Shown here piece by piece: positions 51,498 to 60,234 of a DNA stretch of 64,000 nt. Position 1 is the first letter of the stretch; every line of letters starts with the position of its first letter. This stretch comes from Alphaproteobacteria bacterium (lineage in GTDB: Bacteria; Pseudomonadota; Alphaproteobacteria; RF32; CAG-239): contig JAFSUB010000001.1 of NCBI GenBank assembly GCA_017445475.1, positions 14,834 through 78,833 on the forward strand. Reading direction: 5' to 3'. A program made the position numbers and the translations under genes. The notes beneath the pieces are model-generated. The model was not told the origin of the DNA. It made no database searches and saw only the letters and a list, made by a program, of their open reading frames with translations.

Positions 51498-52583
51498 ATG
51501 TTTAAGACGCCGTTTTTTAAGAAGAAAAAACCCTTTTTAAAAAAAGATTTGAAACAAGCGCCCAATTATGCGGCGATTGATTTGGGCACAAATTCGTGCC
51601 GTTTGGTGATTGCGACGCCGACACCGACCTCGTTTCACGTTGTTGAAACGTTTTCTAAAATTACACGATTGGGCGAGGGCATCATCAAAGATAACGAACT
51701 TTCCAAAGCGGCCATGCGGCGCACAGTGAACACCTTAAAAGTTTGCAAAAGCGTGATGGACGAATATGCGCCAATTACCCGTTCAAGGTTTGTGGCAACG
51801 GCAGCCTGCCGAAGGGCAAAAAACTGTGCCGAGTTTTTGGCAATGGTTCAAAAAGAGGCGGGCATTAAGCTTGAAATTATTTCGCCGCAGGAAGAAGCAA
51901 GACTTGCCGTTGTCGGGTGTGTGCCGCTTCTAAACCGCAACATTAAGCGTGCGCTTATTTTTGACATCGGCGGCGGTTCAACGGAAATTTCACTTGCGCG
52001 TGTAACCGAAGAAGGCAAAACATTTATTGAAGGGTACGTTTCGCTTCCCTACGGCGTTGTTACAATCTCGGAAGCTTTTCCGAAGCAGGAAATGACCAAT
52101 TTGGCCTATAACACCATTATTGAACGCACACACGGCATTTTGGCGGAGTTTGATGAAAAATACGGTGTGTATGAAGGCATTAAAAATCAAGAAATACAGG
52201 TTATCGGAACATCGGGAACCGTAACGGTTTTGGGCGCGGTTCATTTGGGGCTTGTGCGCTATAACCGTTCGGCGGTTGACGGCCTTTCAATTTCGGGTGC
52301 AGATGTTGAAAACGTGATTAACAAAATTAAAAATATGGGTGATGCCGGCAGGCGTAAACATCGGTGTATCGGTCCGATGAAGGCTGATTTAACCATTTCC
52401 GGTTGTGCCATTATCGAAGCACTGTTGACAATTTTCCCCATCTCGGAAATTACAATTGCAGACCGAGGAATCCGCGAGGGAATTTTGCTTGATATGATTC
52501 ACAATGAAAAGCGTGACAGAAAACATAAAAAGAAAAATTTTAAATCACATCCGCATCACAAAAGGAGAGCAAATGAAGGATAA
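51498..52583 (+). CDS. Ppx/GppA-family phosphatase (paralog 1, actin-like domains only)
   Basis: AIDLGTNSCRLVIA, DIGGGSTE, EALL motifs; no HD domain; basic C-terminal tail. Confidence 0.75.
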   Translation: MFKTPFFKKKKPFLKKDLKQAPNYAAIDLGTNSCRLVIATPTPTSFHVVETFSKITRLGEGIIKDNELSKAAMRRTVNTLKVCKSVMDEYAPITRSRFVATAACRRAKNCAEFLAMVQKEAGIKLEIISPQEEARLAVVGCVPLLNRNIKRALIFDIGGGSTEISLARVTEEGKTFIEGYVSLPYGVVTISEAFPKQEMTNLAYNTIIERTHGILAEFDEKYGVYEGIKNQEIQVIGTSGTVTVLGAVHLGLVRYNRSAVDGLSISGADVENVINKIKNMGDAGRRKHRCIGPMKADLTISGCAIIEALLTIFPISEITIADRGIREGILLDMIHNEKRDRKHKKKNFKSHPHHKRRANEG

Positions 52584-53541
52584 AGTTCTTGCGAGCATTG
52601 ATTTGGGTTCCAATTCTTGTCGCCTCAGAATTGCAACGCTTGAGGGCAATCTCCTTTATAAAGATTCGAAGCCGACCAAATTGGGCGAGGGATTGTTTCA
52701 AACCAAAAAATTGAGTGCGGATTCTATGAACCGTGCACTTGCGGTTTTTCAAGATTTTGCGGAAAAGATGAAGGCACACCATGTTGAAGCCTATCGGGCA
52801 ATTGCAACGGCGGCCTGTCGAATGGCGCAAAACGGGAAGATGTTTGCAAACGAAGTTGAAAAGCAAACAGGTATTAAAATTGAAATTATCGACACAAAAG
52901 AGGAAGCAAGGCTCAACTTAAAAGGTGCTTTGTTCAACGCTCCGAAAGAAAGCGAATATGTTGTGGTTTATGATTTAGGCGGCGCCTCAACCGAAATAAC
53001 GCTTGCAAAAAACAACGCTTCGTGCGAAATTTTGCACACCATCTCAATTCCGCTCGGTGCGCGCAACGCTTCAGAAGGCTATGATTTGCGGGAGTTTCAG
53101 CTTAAAAAAGCTCAAAAGCTTTCAGACGATATTAAAGGTTATGTTCAAGCTTTTATTGAAGATTCACACTTAAAAGATTATCAGGATAAATGTTGCCTGA
53201 TTGCAACCTCAAGCACGCCCTTGCGCCTTTGCTCAATGGTTCATCACGACGGTTTTTATGCGCGCGAAAAAAATGATGGTAAAATCTTAAAAACAACCGA
53301 TGTAGACAAGGCCGTTCAAACCTGCTGTGAAATGAGCCTTGCCGAACGCGCAAATTCGCCGTATGTCGGAAGCGACAGAGCTTCTGTTTTTGTGGCAGCC
53401 TGTGTGATTTTTAAAAGCATTTACGACACGCTCGGTTTTAGAGAGCTGACCGTATCATTCAAGGGGGCGCAATACGCCATGTTAGAGGAGTTAAGAAATG
53501 CCGAAACTGACAAAGTCCGCAAAGCTTGTTCGCGGTCATAA
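52573..53541 (+). CDS. Ppx/GppA-family phosphatase (paralog 2)
   Basis: SIDLGSNSCRLRIA, DLGGASTE; ATG at 52573 with AAAGGAGAG RBS overlaps the end of paralog 1. Confidence 0.75.
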   Translation: MKDKVLASIDLGSNSCRLRIATLEGNLLYKDSKPTKLGEGLFQTKKLSADSMNRALAVFQDFAEKMKAHHVEAYRAIATAACRMAQNGKMFANEVEKQTGIKIEIIDTKEEARLNLKGALFNAPKESEYVVVYDLGGASTEITLAKNNASCEILHTISIPLGARNASEGYDLREFQLKKAQKLSDDIKGYVQAFIEDSHLKDYQDKCCLIATSSTPLRLCSMVHHDGFYAREKNDGKILKTTDVDKAVQTCCEMSLAERANSPYVGSDRASVFVAACVIFKSIYDTLGFRELTVSFKGAQYAMLEELRNAETDKVRKACSRS

Positions 53542-54190
53542 GAGTTTGACGGTTCGCGTTAAAACTTCAAAATATCGAAAACCGTCGTCAAACCGCTGGC
53601 TTGAGCGCCAATTAAACGACCCGTATGTTGCCGAGGCGCAAAAGCAGGGCTATCGTTCACGCGCCGCATTTAAGCTGATTCAGCTTGATGAAAAATACAA
53701 GTTTTTGCAAAAAGGAAAAATCATTGTTGATTTGGGGTGCGCCCCCGGCGGGTGGACTCAGGTTGCGGCTATCAAAAATAAGGGCTCGGGGCAGATTGTT
53801 GGTATTGACATTTTGGAGACCTCGCCAATTGAGGGAGCAACGCTTATATGTGAGGATTTCACATCAAAAGATGCGCCCGAAAAATTAAAATCGCTTTTAG
53901 AAGGTAAGGCAGACGTTGTTTTAAGCGATATGGCGGCCAACACCACCGGACACCAGCAAACCGACCATTTGCGCACGATTGCGCTTGTTGAGGCGGCGTA
54001 TGAATTTGCCAAAGAGGTTTTAAAAGAAGGCGGCATTTTTATTGCCAAAGTTTTTCAAGGCGGAACGGAGGGCGAACTTTTGGCCGATATGAAAAAGAAT
54101 TTTGCAAAAGTGTCGCATTTTAAGCCCGATGCCAGCCGTCAGAGCTCGCCGGAAACATACGTTGTTGCCGAAGGGTTTAAGGGCATATAA
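53498..54190 (+). CDS. rlmE: 23S rRNA (uridine2552-2'-O)-methyltransferase RlmE/FtsJ
   Basis: SRAAFKL, DLGCAPGGW, DMAAN motifs. Confidence 0.9.
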   Translation: MPKLTKSAKLVRGHKSLTVRVKTSKYRKPSSNRWLERQLNDPYVAEAQKQGYRSRAAFKLIQLDEKYKFLQKGKIIVDLGCAPGGWTQVAAIKNKGSGQIVGIDILETSPIEGATLICEDFTSKDAPEKLKSLLEGKADVVLSDMAANTTGHQQTDHLRTIALVEAAYEFAKEVLKEGGIFIAKVFQGGTEGELLADMKKNFAKVSHFKPDASRQSSPETYVVAEGFKGI

Positions 54191-54203
54191 AAACAACGGC
54201 CGC

Positions 54204-54437
54204 TTATTTTTGTTTTAGCTCGTCAACAAGCCTTATTTCGATGGATTTATGGAAATACTTCAAGGCCTCTTCAAACTTTTTCCAGCCGACGCGATCTAAG
54301 CCGAGCTCAATTCTTTCATAGGTGATGGGTTTTATTTTAAGCGCCTTGCAGCAGGCGGCGGTGTATGTGTTGTTTCTTTGGCGCTCTTCAAAAAGAATAC
54401 GGCCGAGCATTTTTTTAATTTGTTTTTGAATCGTCAT
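54204..54437 (-). CDS. small XRE-like HTH protein (cassette copy B)
   Basis: 77 aa, paralog of 37026..37271 (MTIQKQIKKMLGRILFEER...); C-terminus diverges at the junction with the core gene. Confidence 0.6.
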   Translation of the reverse strand: MTIQKQIKKMLGRILFEERQRNNTYTAACCKALKIKPITYERIELGLDRVGWKKFEEALKYFHKSIEIRLVDELKQK

Positions 54438-54469
54438 TGTTTTTAACTCCTGTTTTGTTCATGTTTCTC

Positions 54470-54660
54470 AAAAAAAACCGTTTTGGAAAAAAATCTCAAA
54501 ACGGGGAGCTCAAAAACTGTCCTAATACAGATTTCCTTATTCGCGCAAAGCCTTATTTCGGAAACTCCCCAATGCGGAGTTGAAATTAGGAAGATGTTTT
54601 TGAAACACCGCAATCAACCGATTGCAAGGTTATTATGGAAGATTTTGAAGAAATGTAAAG
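54470..54660 (-). ncRNA. conserved structured leader/sRNA candidate ending in intrinsic terminator (copy B)
   Basis: Same element as 37300..37500: AACTCC-N7-GGAGTT hairpin, GCAATC-AACC-GATTGC hairpin, terminator CCGTTTTGG...CAAAACGG plus U-run just upstream of the XRE start. Confidence 0.35.
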
Positions 54661-54673
54661 AAAAAAAATTGAA

Positions 54674-54711
54674 GATGCCTTGAAGTTTTTGAGCGCGCTC
54701 AAAAAATAGGC
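54674..54711. repeat. dispersed repeat (left flank of cargo B)
   Basis: GATGCCTTGAAGTTTT (16/16 with 57478..57493), palindrome GAGCGCGCTC, then GGCATGACGGGTT; second partial copy GCCATGACGGGTTGTG at 54758..54773. Confidence 0.45.
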
Positions 54712-54806
54712 ATGACGGGTTTTATAGATGTTTTGAATTTTTCGCTTAAGCGAAAAACAGCCATGACGGGTTGTGCTGTTTTTTCTCCATTCCGAACGAA
54801 AACAAA

Positions 54807-56009
54807 TTAAATATTTCTTTCTTTTTTCTGTTCGGTAATATTTATTTGTGATGATACTTGTTTTTGAGAAGTTTTATCGGGAAACGTATAGTTTATCCCA
54901 AGTGGATTGCTGGCCAACAACATACTGTCTGAATTGACGTATCTTGATATGAAAGCATCAATACCTAATCCGAAACTCATAGATTTAGGCAGTCCCCACT
55001 TCATATAAGACATTTCGTTTACATATTCCAAATTATTGTTGTTCTTCTGTTCTTGTAAAGCTTCCTTAACTTTACTATAATCTGTTTCATCACAATAACC
55101 ATGAGCCGTTAATCGACCATTTATATACCATTTAATTTCTGTTTTTAATCCGTTTTCATCAGGTGCGACAAGCGGATTTGAAACCGGCGCGTTAATCAAT
55201 ATTGTATTTTTAAACTCCGGAATTCTTCTTTGATATTGAATGCCTAATTCTGCCAAATTATTATAGTCAACTATATCAGGCGTCCCTTTCTCCGGTGTTT
55301 CAAAACCGTATTTCTTGCACAAAGTACTCATAATTCTACTTACTTTTGTCATGAATCTTAAAAGCTGAGGTTTTGTATAATCTAAAGAAACGAATTCCAA
55401 AGTGCACATTTCCGGAACATGGTTTGCGTCGGAATTTTTGTTGTAAAATACACTCCCGATTGTATAAACGGATTTTAATAAAATCGCGGCTGTTTGTTTA
55501 AGTTGATTTTCCGGAGTAATGCGCAAATAAACAGGCTCTTTATCAAACTGTCCCTTGGTTTGAAACGGAGGTATGGCAGAGCCGGTTCTTTCTCTTTCCA
55601 AGACTTTACAGGGTGTATTTTCAAATCCGTCTTTATCTAAAAGCTCGGAAATTTTCTGTATCAGTTCTTGCTTAAGCCGATAAACATCAATTTGCTTGCC
55701 TGCATTGCGGGCATTGCTTTGGGCATAGCGCTCACAGCCTTTAGAATTATTCGGTAAATTTTTAAACTCGTCCCATGTTTGACACGGACTTACCCACAAA
55801 ATTCTCTCAATTTTTAATACATTTTCTCCACTTTGGTTTTTTATGAATTTTCCGGTAGCGGCAAAACAATCTCCTTTTTTTAAAGCTTTCTTGTGATATA
55901 GATTTTTATCAAAAACAATTTGTTCCTTTTTACCATCACTTGTATATGTTTCGGCAAAAATCACGGATTTATGCTTCCTTACATTCAATATTCGAAAGAT
56001 TTTTTTCAT
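54807..56009 (-). CDS. class II (LysRS/AsnRS-subclass IIb-like) aminoacyl-tRNA synthetase paralog with N-terminal OB fold; motif 2/3 arginines apparently substituted
   Basis: Aligns to LysRS blocks: FENTPCKVLERERTGSAIPPF, VFYNKNSDANHVPEMCTLEF versus FRNEGISVRHNPEFTMMEL (R to Y, E to K), SFGLGIDAF versus GLGIGIDR (R to A); AT-rich relative to neighbours. Confidence 0.6.
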   Translation of the reverse strand: MKKIFRILNVRKHKSVIFAETYTSDGKKEQIVFDKNLYHKKALKKGDCFAATGKFIKNQSGENVLKIERILWVSPCQTWDEFKNLPNNSKGCERYAQSNARNAGKQIDVYRLKQELIQKISELLDKDGFENTPCKVLERERTGSAIPPFQTKGQFDKEPVYLRITPENQLKQTAAILLKSVYTIGSVFYNKNSDANHVPEMCTLEFVSLDYTKPQLLRFMTKVSRIMSTLCKKYGFETPEKGTPDIVDYNNLAELGIQYQRRIPEFKNTILINAPVSNPLVAPDENGLKTEIKWYINGRLTAHGYCDETDYSKVKEALQEQKNNNNLEYVNEMSYMKWGLPKSMSFGLGIDAFISRYVNSDSMLLASNPLGINYTFPDKTSQKQVSSQINITEQKKERNI

Positions 56010-56023
56010 GATTTTTTACCTTT

Positions 56024-56731
56024 TTAGGGAATTTGTTTAACCTTACGGTCATCTCTGCAAGTCATGATTTTTATCGAACCATCTTGAAAAACCAGTGCAG
56101 TGCAATCATCCATACTCCATCCTTGTATGTTTTTTTGTTTCAGTTTGTCATTTATCCTTTGTTTCTCATCTTCAGTCAGCCAGTCGTAATGTGGGACACC
56201 AAATCCTTTAATAAATCCCAAACCTCTAACCAAATCGAGTTGCTCAATATTTTCTATATCATCCATATTATCGTAATATTCAAACCAGCAAATGGCGCCT
56301 GCAGAGATACCGGCTAAAACAATTCCCTTTTGGTAGGCTTCGTATAAGATATCGCCAAGTTTATATTTTTGCCAAATGTTCAGCATGGTTGTTGTATCTC
56401 CGCCACCGACATAAATAATATCACTTGAAAATATTTTGTTTCTAATTTCTTGTATGGAAATTGATTCCTCTACCAAATTTAAAGGTTCAACGGAATGGCA
56501 CCCCAAACGTCCCTTAAAATGATTCTCTACAACTTCCAGATAACTTTTTTTATCACCTGAAGCCGTGCCGACAAAAAGCATTTTAGGATGCTTTTTTCCC
56601 GTTGCATCAACAATAAAACGATCAATCAGAGTTGTTTCCACGTCTGTTTGCACAGAAGTACCGTCCGGCAAAACCTTTATTCTTCCTATTTCCCCTCCAC
56701 CGACAGCTATAATCATTTTTTTCATTTTCAT
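56024..56731 (-). CDS. S51-family peptidase (peptidase E / cyanophycinase-like)
   Basis: IYVGGGDTTTML, nucleophile block LAGISAGAICW, His in VPHYDW; 15-bp gap to the aaRS-like gene. Confidence 0.7.
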   Translation of the reverse strand: MKMKKMIIAVGGGEIGRIKVLPDGTSVQTDVETTLIDRFIVDATGKKHPKMLFVGTASGDKKSYLEVVENHFKGRLGCHSVEPLNLVEESISIQEIRNKIFSSDIIYVGGGDTTTMLNIWQKYKLGDILYEAYQKGIVLAGISAGAICWFEYYDNMDDIENIEQLDLVRGLGFIKGFGVPHYDWLTEDEKQRINDKLKQKNIQGWSMDDCTALVFQDGSIKIMTCRDDRKVKQIP

Positions 56732-56749
56732 TGCCTTTAATTATTGTTT

Positions 56750-57343
56750 TTACCTGTTTTTTGTTTTTCGATAATTGTATAAATCTTCAAAAATTTTTGT
56801 ATTTTGTCTTTCACGCTTTTTTAAATATTCTTTCACTTGTTCAGCCCGCTCTGCAACAGAGCCTGCCACCAAATTATATTTTATTTTATGATGATTCATA
56901 AATTCTATTATTTGTTCATGTAAAATATCTTTGGTTCCCTCATCTCCACGCATCATACTGGTATCAAATGCAATATGCGGATCACACACAAAAACAACAT
57001 CTTGTGTTTTGTAAAATTCTAACGCTCTTTCTTTGAGCTCGGGAAATTCTCTGCCAAACGAATATTTATTTCCCAAATAAAAGATTAACGGTCCGCTGTC
57101 GATAAATAAATATTTTTGTGCTTTTTTTTCCAAAATTTCGATGTCATAATTTTGCAAATCGGCTGCCTCAATAAAAACATCGTTCGTAATTTGTGCAATG
57201 CCTATGCCACGTTTGGTCATAACATCACGCATACGTTCTGGAGCGTGAGGCTCACCATACATGTCGGCACAATAGCGACACAGAGTAGATTTACCCGTGC
57301 TTGACGCTCCTGAAAAATTAATTTTTAAGATTTTATTACTCAT
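56750..57343 (-). CDS. P-loop NTPase / small-molecule-kinase-like protein (NadR-kinase/AAA_28-like)
   Basis: Walker A INFSGASSTGKSTL near N-terminus, Walker-B-like LFIDSG; 197 aa; 18-bp gap to the peptidase gene. Confidence 0.55.
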   Translation of the reverse strand: MSNKILKINFSGASSTGKSTLCRYCADMYGEPHAPERMRDVMTKRGIGIAQITNDVFIEAADLQNYDIEILEKKAQKYLFIDSGPLIFYLGNKYSFGREFPELKERALEFYKTQDVVFVCDPHIAFDTSMMRGDEGTKDILHEQIIEFMNHHKIKYNLVAGSVAERAEQVKEYLKKRERQNTKIFEDLYNYRKTKNR

Positions 57344-57461
57344 TTTTTGTTTGTCCGTAACATTGCCGTAATGATATCCTAAACAAATATTTTTGTCAAC
57401 ATATATTTACAAATCGATTAAATAATTATGGAATAATTTCTTAGATTTTGGTTTGTTATAT

Positions 57462-57493
57462 TGGCATGACGAGTGGTGGATGCCTTGAAGTTT
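57462..57493. repeat. dispersed repeat (right flank of cargo B)
   Basis: GGCATGACGAGTGG followed by GATGCCTTGAAGTTTT, matching the left-flank elements in rearranged order. Confidence 0.45.
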
Positions 57494-57569
57494 TCAAATA
57501 ATGCTTGATATTTGCTTTAAAATGTATCATATTTGCTCACAAATCAGTGATGAATTGGAAAAAAGGAAA

Positions 57570-58313
57570 ATGGAAAAAAAAGAAAAGAAAAAGGAAAGTG
57601 TGTGGGATACCCTTAAAACAATTGTATACGCCATTTTAATTGCGCTTTTAATCAGAAGTTTGTTTTTTGAGCCGTTTCGCATTCCCTCGGGTTCGATGTA
57701 TCCAACATTGGAAGTCGGCGATTATCTGTTTGTTTCAAAATATACTTACGGTTATTCCAAACACTCGTTTCCGTTCAGTTTGGCGCCGATTAAGGGGCGG
57801 ATTTTTGCAAAAAAGCCTAAGCGCGGGGATATTGTCGTTTTTAAATATCCCAAAGACAACCGCACGGATTTTATCAAACGCATCATCGGACTTGAAGGCG
57901 ATACAATCCAAATGAGCCGCGGAAGGCTTTATATCAACGGCGAGCTTGTTGATCGCGAGCCGGTCGGAAAATATGTTTTAAGCGAATATGTTGTGCGTCC
58001 CGAGCAGTATGAAGAATATGTCGAAACACTGCCGGAAGGCTTGAAACACCGTATTTTGGAAATTTCAGATTATGAAAGCAAGGTTGATAATATGTCCAAA
58101 ATCGTTGTTCCGGAAGGCCATTATTTTGTGATGGGCGACAACCGCGACCGCTCGGACGACAGCCGTGTGCATGTCGGCTTTGTGCCCGAAGAAAATTTGG
58201 TGGGCAAGGCGCGGTTTTTGTTTTTTTCACACAACGACAAAGCAAAATGGTATAAACCGTGGACATGGCCGAAAGCCATACGATATTCAAAAATTTTCAG
58301 CACCCTTGAATAG
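57570..58313 (+). CDS. lepB: signal peptidase I
   Basis: Catalytic Ser block IPSGSMYPTL, GDNRDRSDDSR box E; ATG at 57570 with AAGGA RBS. Confidence 0.9.
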   Translation: MEKKEKKKESVWDTLKTIVYAILIALLIRSLFFEPFRIPSGSMYPTLEVGDYLFVSKYTYGYSKHSFPFSLAPIKGRIFAKKPKRGDIVVFKYPKDNRTDFIKRIIGLEGDTIQMSRGRLYINGELVDREPVGKYVLSEYVVRPEQYEEYVETLPEGLKHRILEISDYESKVDNMSKIVVPEGHYFVMGDNRDRSDDSRVHVGFVPEENLVGKARFLFFSHNDKAKWYKPWTWPKAIRYSKIFSTLE

Positions 58314-58321
58314 GACTTTGA

Positions 58322-58981
58322 ATGCAAGCACTTGAACAAAATTTGGGTTATTCTTTCAAAAACAAAAGTCTGTTAGAACAGGCTTTAACGCACAGAAGCA
58401 TTAGCGGACATATTCAAAAAAACTATGAACGGCTTGAGTTTTTGGGCGACAGGGTTTTAGGGGTTGCCATTGCACATTTGCTTTATTTTGCTTTCAAAAA
58501 CGAGCCTGAAGGTTCGCTTTCTCCGCGCCTTGTTGAATTGGTGCGCAAAGAAACAGTTGCGGAAGTTGCAAGAGAGCTGAAGCTTAATGAATATATCAAA
58601 GCAATGCCCAAGACGCTTTGCTTAAATGAAAATGTGCTTTGCGATGTGATGGAAGCCGTGATAGGCGCGGTTTGCATTGAAGCAGGCTTTGAAAAAGCCA
58701 TTTCGCTTGTCGACAGACACTTTAAAAAACACATTGAAAAGAGCGCAAAACCCAAACGCGACAGTAAAACGATTTTGCAGGAAGCGGCACATCGTTTGCA
58801 AGAAGTGCCTGTTTACGAGCTTGCAAAAAAAGAAGGCACAGAGCATGAACCCGTTTTTTACATCAAGGTTTCCGTTAAAAATGCGGGAACGGCTGTCGGC
58901 TCGGGCAAAAACAAAAAGCAGGCCGAGCAAGATGCGGCTATGCGGCTGATGGAAATTTTGGAGAAGAAAGATGGGAAATGA
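58322..58981 (+). CDS. rnc: ribonuclease III
   Basis: RNase III signature ERLEFLGDRVL and C-terminal dsRBD. Confidence 0.9.
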   Translation: MQALEQNLGYSFKNKSLLEQALTHRSISGHIQKNYERLEFLGDRVLGVAIAHLLYFAFKNEPEGSLSPRLVELVRKETVAEVARELKLNEYIKAMPKTLCLNENVLCDVMEAVIGAVCIEAGFEKAISLVDRHFKKHIEKSAKPKRDSKTILQEAAHRLQEVPVYELAKKEGTEHEPVFYIKVSVKNAGTAVGSGKNKKQAEQDAAMRLMEILEKKDGK

Positions 58982-59873
58982 GCCGACACGCGCCGGTTTT
59001 GTCAGCCTTATCGGTGCGCCGAATGCCGGAAAATCGACCATTGCAAACCACTTTGCAGGCTCAAAAGTTTCAATTGTTTCGCCCAAAGCTCAAACGACAC
59101 GAACGGTTGTTAAGGCCATCGGTATTTTTGAAAACACGCAAATCATTTTTTTGGATACACCCGGCATTTTCAGCCCAAAGCGCCGCTTAGACAGGGCAAT
59201 GCTTGCCGCCGCATGGGGCGGTGTGAAAGACGCAGACATTGTTGCTTTGGTGATTGATGCCAAAAAGGGCTTTAACGGCGAAACAAGAGCCATTGTTCAA
59301 AAACTTAAGGATGACAACATTAAAGCTGTTTTAATCTTAAATAAAACGGATTTAATCAAACAAGAAAAACTGCTGGCTTTAAGCAGGGAAATAAACGAGA
59401 TGTATGCGTTTGAGCAAACATTTATGGTTTCGGCCTTAAAGGGTGAACATCTTGAAGATTTTTATCACTATTTGGCCTCAAATTTGCCGATAAGCCCGTT
59501 TTTATATCCCGAGGATCAGATGTCGGATATGCCGCTAAAGCTTTTGGCCTCTGAAGTGGTGCGCGAAAAAATGTTTTTGTATCTGCGCGATGAGCTGCCC
59601 TACAGCTCAACGGTTGAGCCCGAGCTTTGGCAACGCCGCGATGACGGAACAATCAGAGCAGAGATAACGATTTTTGTTGCGCGTGATAACCAAAAAATCA
59701 TCGTGCTCGGCAAAGGAGGGCAGATGATTAAAAAAATCGGCACGGCGGCGCGAAAAGAGCTTGAAGAAATGCTTGATGAGCGCATACACCTTTTCTTGTT
59801 TGTGAAGGTGCGCGAAAATTGGGAAAATGACCCAGCAAGATATGGGCTTTGGGGTTTGACTTTCAATGCCTGA
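58971..59873 (+). CDS. era: GTPase Era
   Basis: G1 GAPNAGKST, G3 DTPG, G4 NKTD, C-terminal KH domain; canonical lepB-rnc-era order. Confidence 0.9.
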   Translation: MGNEPTRAGFVSLIGAPNAGKSTIANHFAGSKVSIVSPKAQTTRTVVKAIGIFENTQIIFLDTPGIFSPKRRLDRAMLAAAWGGVKDADIVALVIDAKKGFNGETRAIVQKLKDDNIKAVLILNKTDLIKQEKLLALSREINEMYAFEQTFMVSALKGEHLEDFYHYLASNLPISPFLYPEDQMSDMPLKLLASEVVREKMFLYLRDELPYSSTVEPELWQRRDDGTIRAEITIFVARDNQKIIVLGKGGQMIKKIGTAARKELEEMLDERIHLFLFVKVRENWENDPARYGLWGLTFNA

Positions 59874-59898
59874 TTGAAAAATCAAAAAAAGTGCATAT

Positions 59899-60234
59899 AT
59901 GCTTTGTCATAAAAAAAGACAAGGGAGTGCTTTGATGGAAGTTTTTTTATTTGTTGCGCTGGTTTTTATATACATTTTAATGGCTTTTTCGGTTCCGGAT
60001 CTTATTCAAAAAAGGGTTTGGTTTATGGCTTTTTCGGTTTCTTTTGTATTAACGGCTGTTTCGATTTTATTTATTTCAACGAGCAAGCAAACAGTTTTGA
60101 TGCAAGAAAGCGAAATTAACTGGTATTATATTTTGTATTTGTTCGGTTCGATGTCGGTTATTTTGGGGCTGATTAACATGTGGATATATCGAAAAGGTGT
60201 TATCCGCCTTTTTAAAAACGAGGAAGAGGAATAG
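59899..60234 (+). CDS. hypothetical small membrane protein
   Basis: 111 aa with three predicted TM helices. Confidence 0.35.
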   Translation: MLCHKKRQGSALMEVFLFVALVFIYILMAFSVPDLIQKRVWFMAFSVSFVLTAVSILFISTSKQTVLMQESEINWYYILYLFGSMSVILGLINMWIYRKGVIRLFKNEEEE

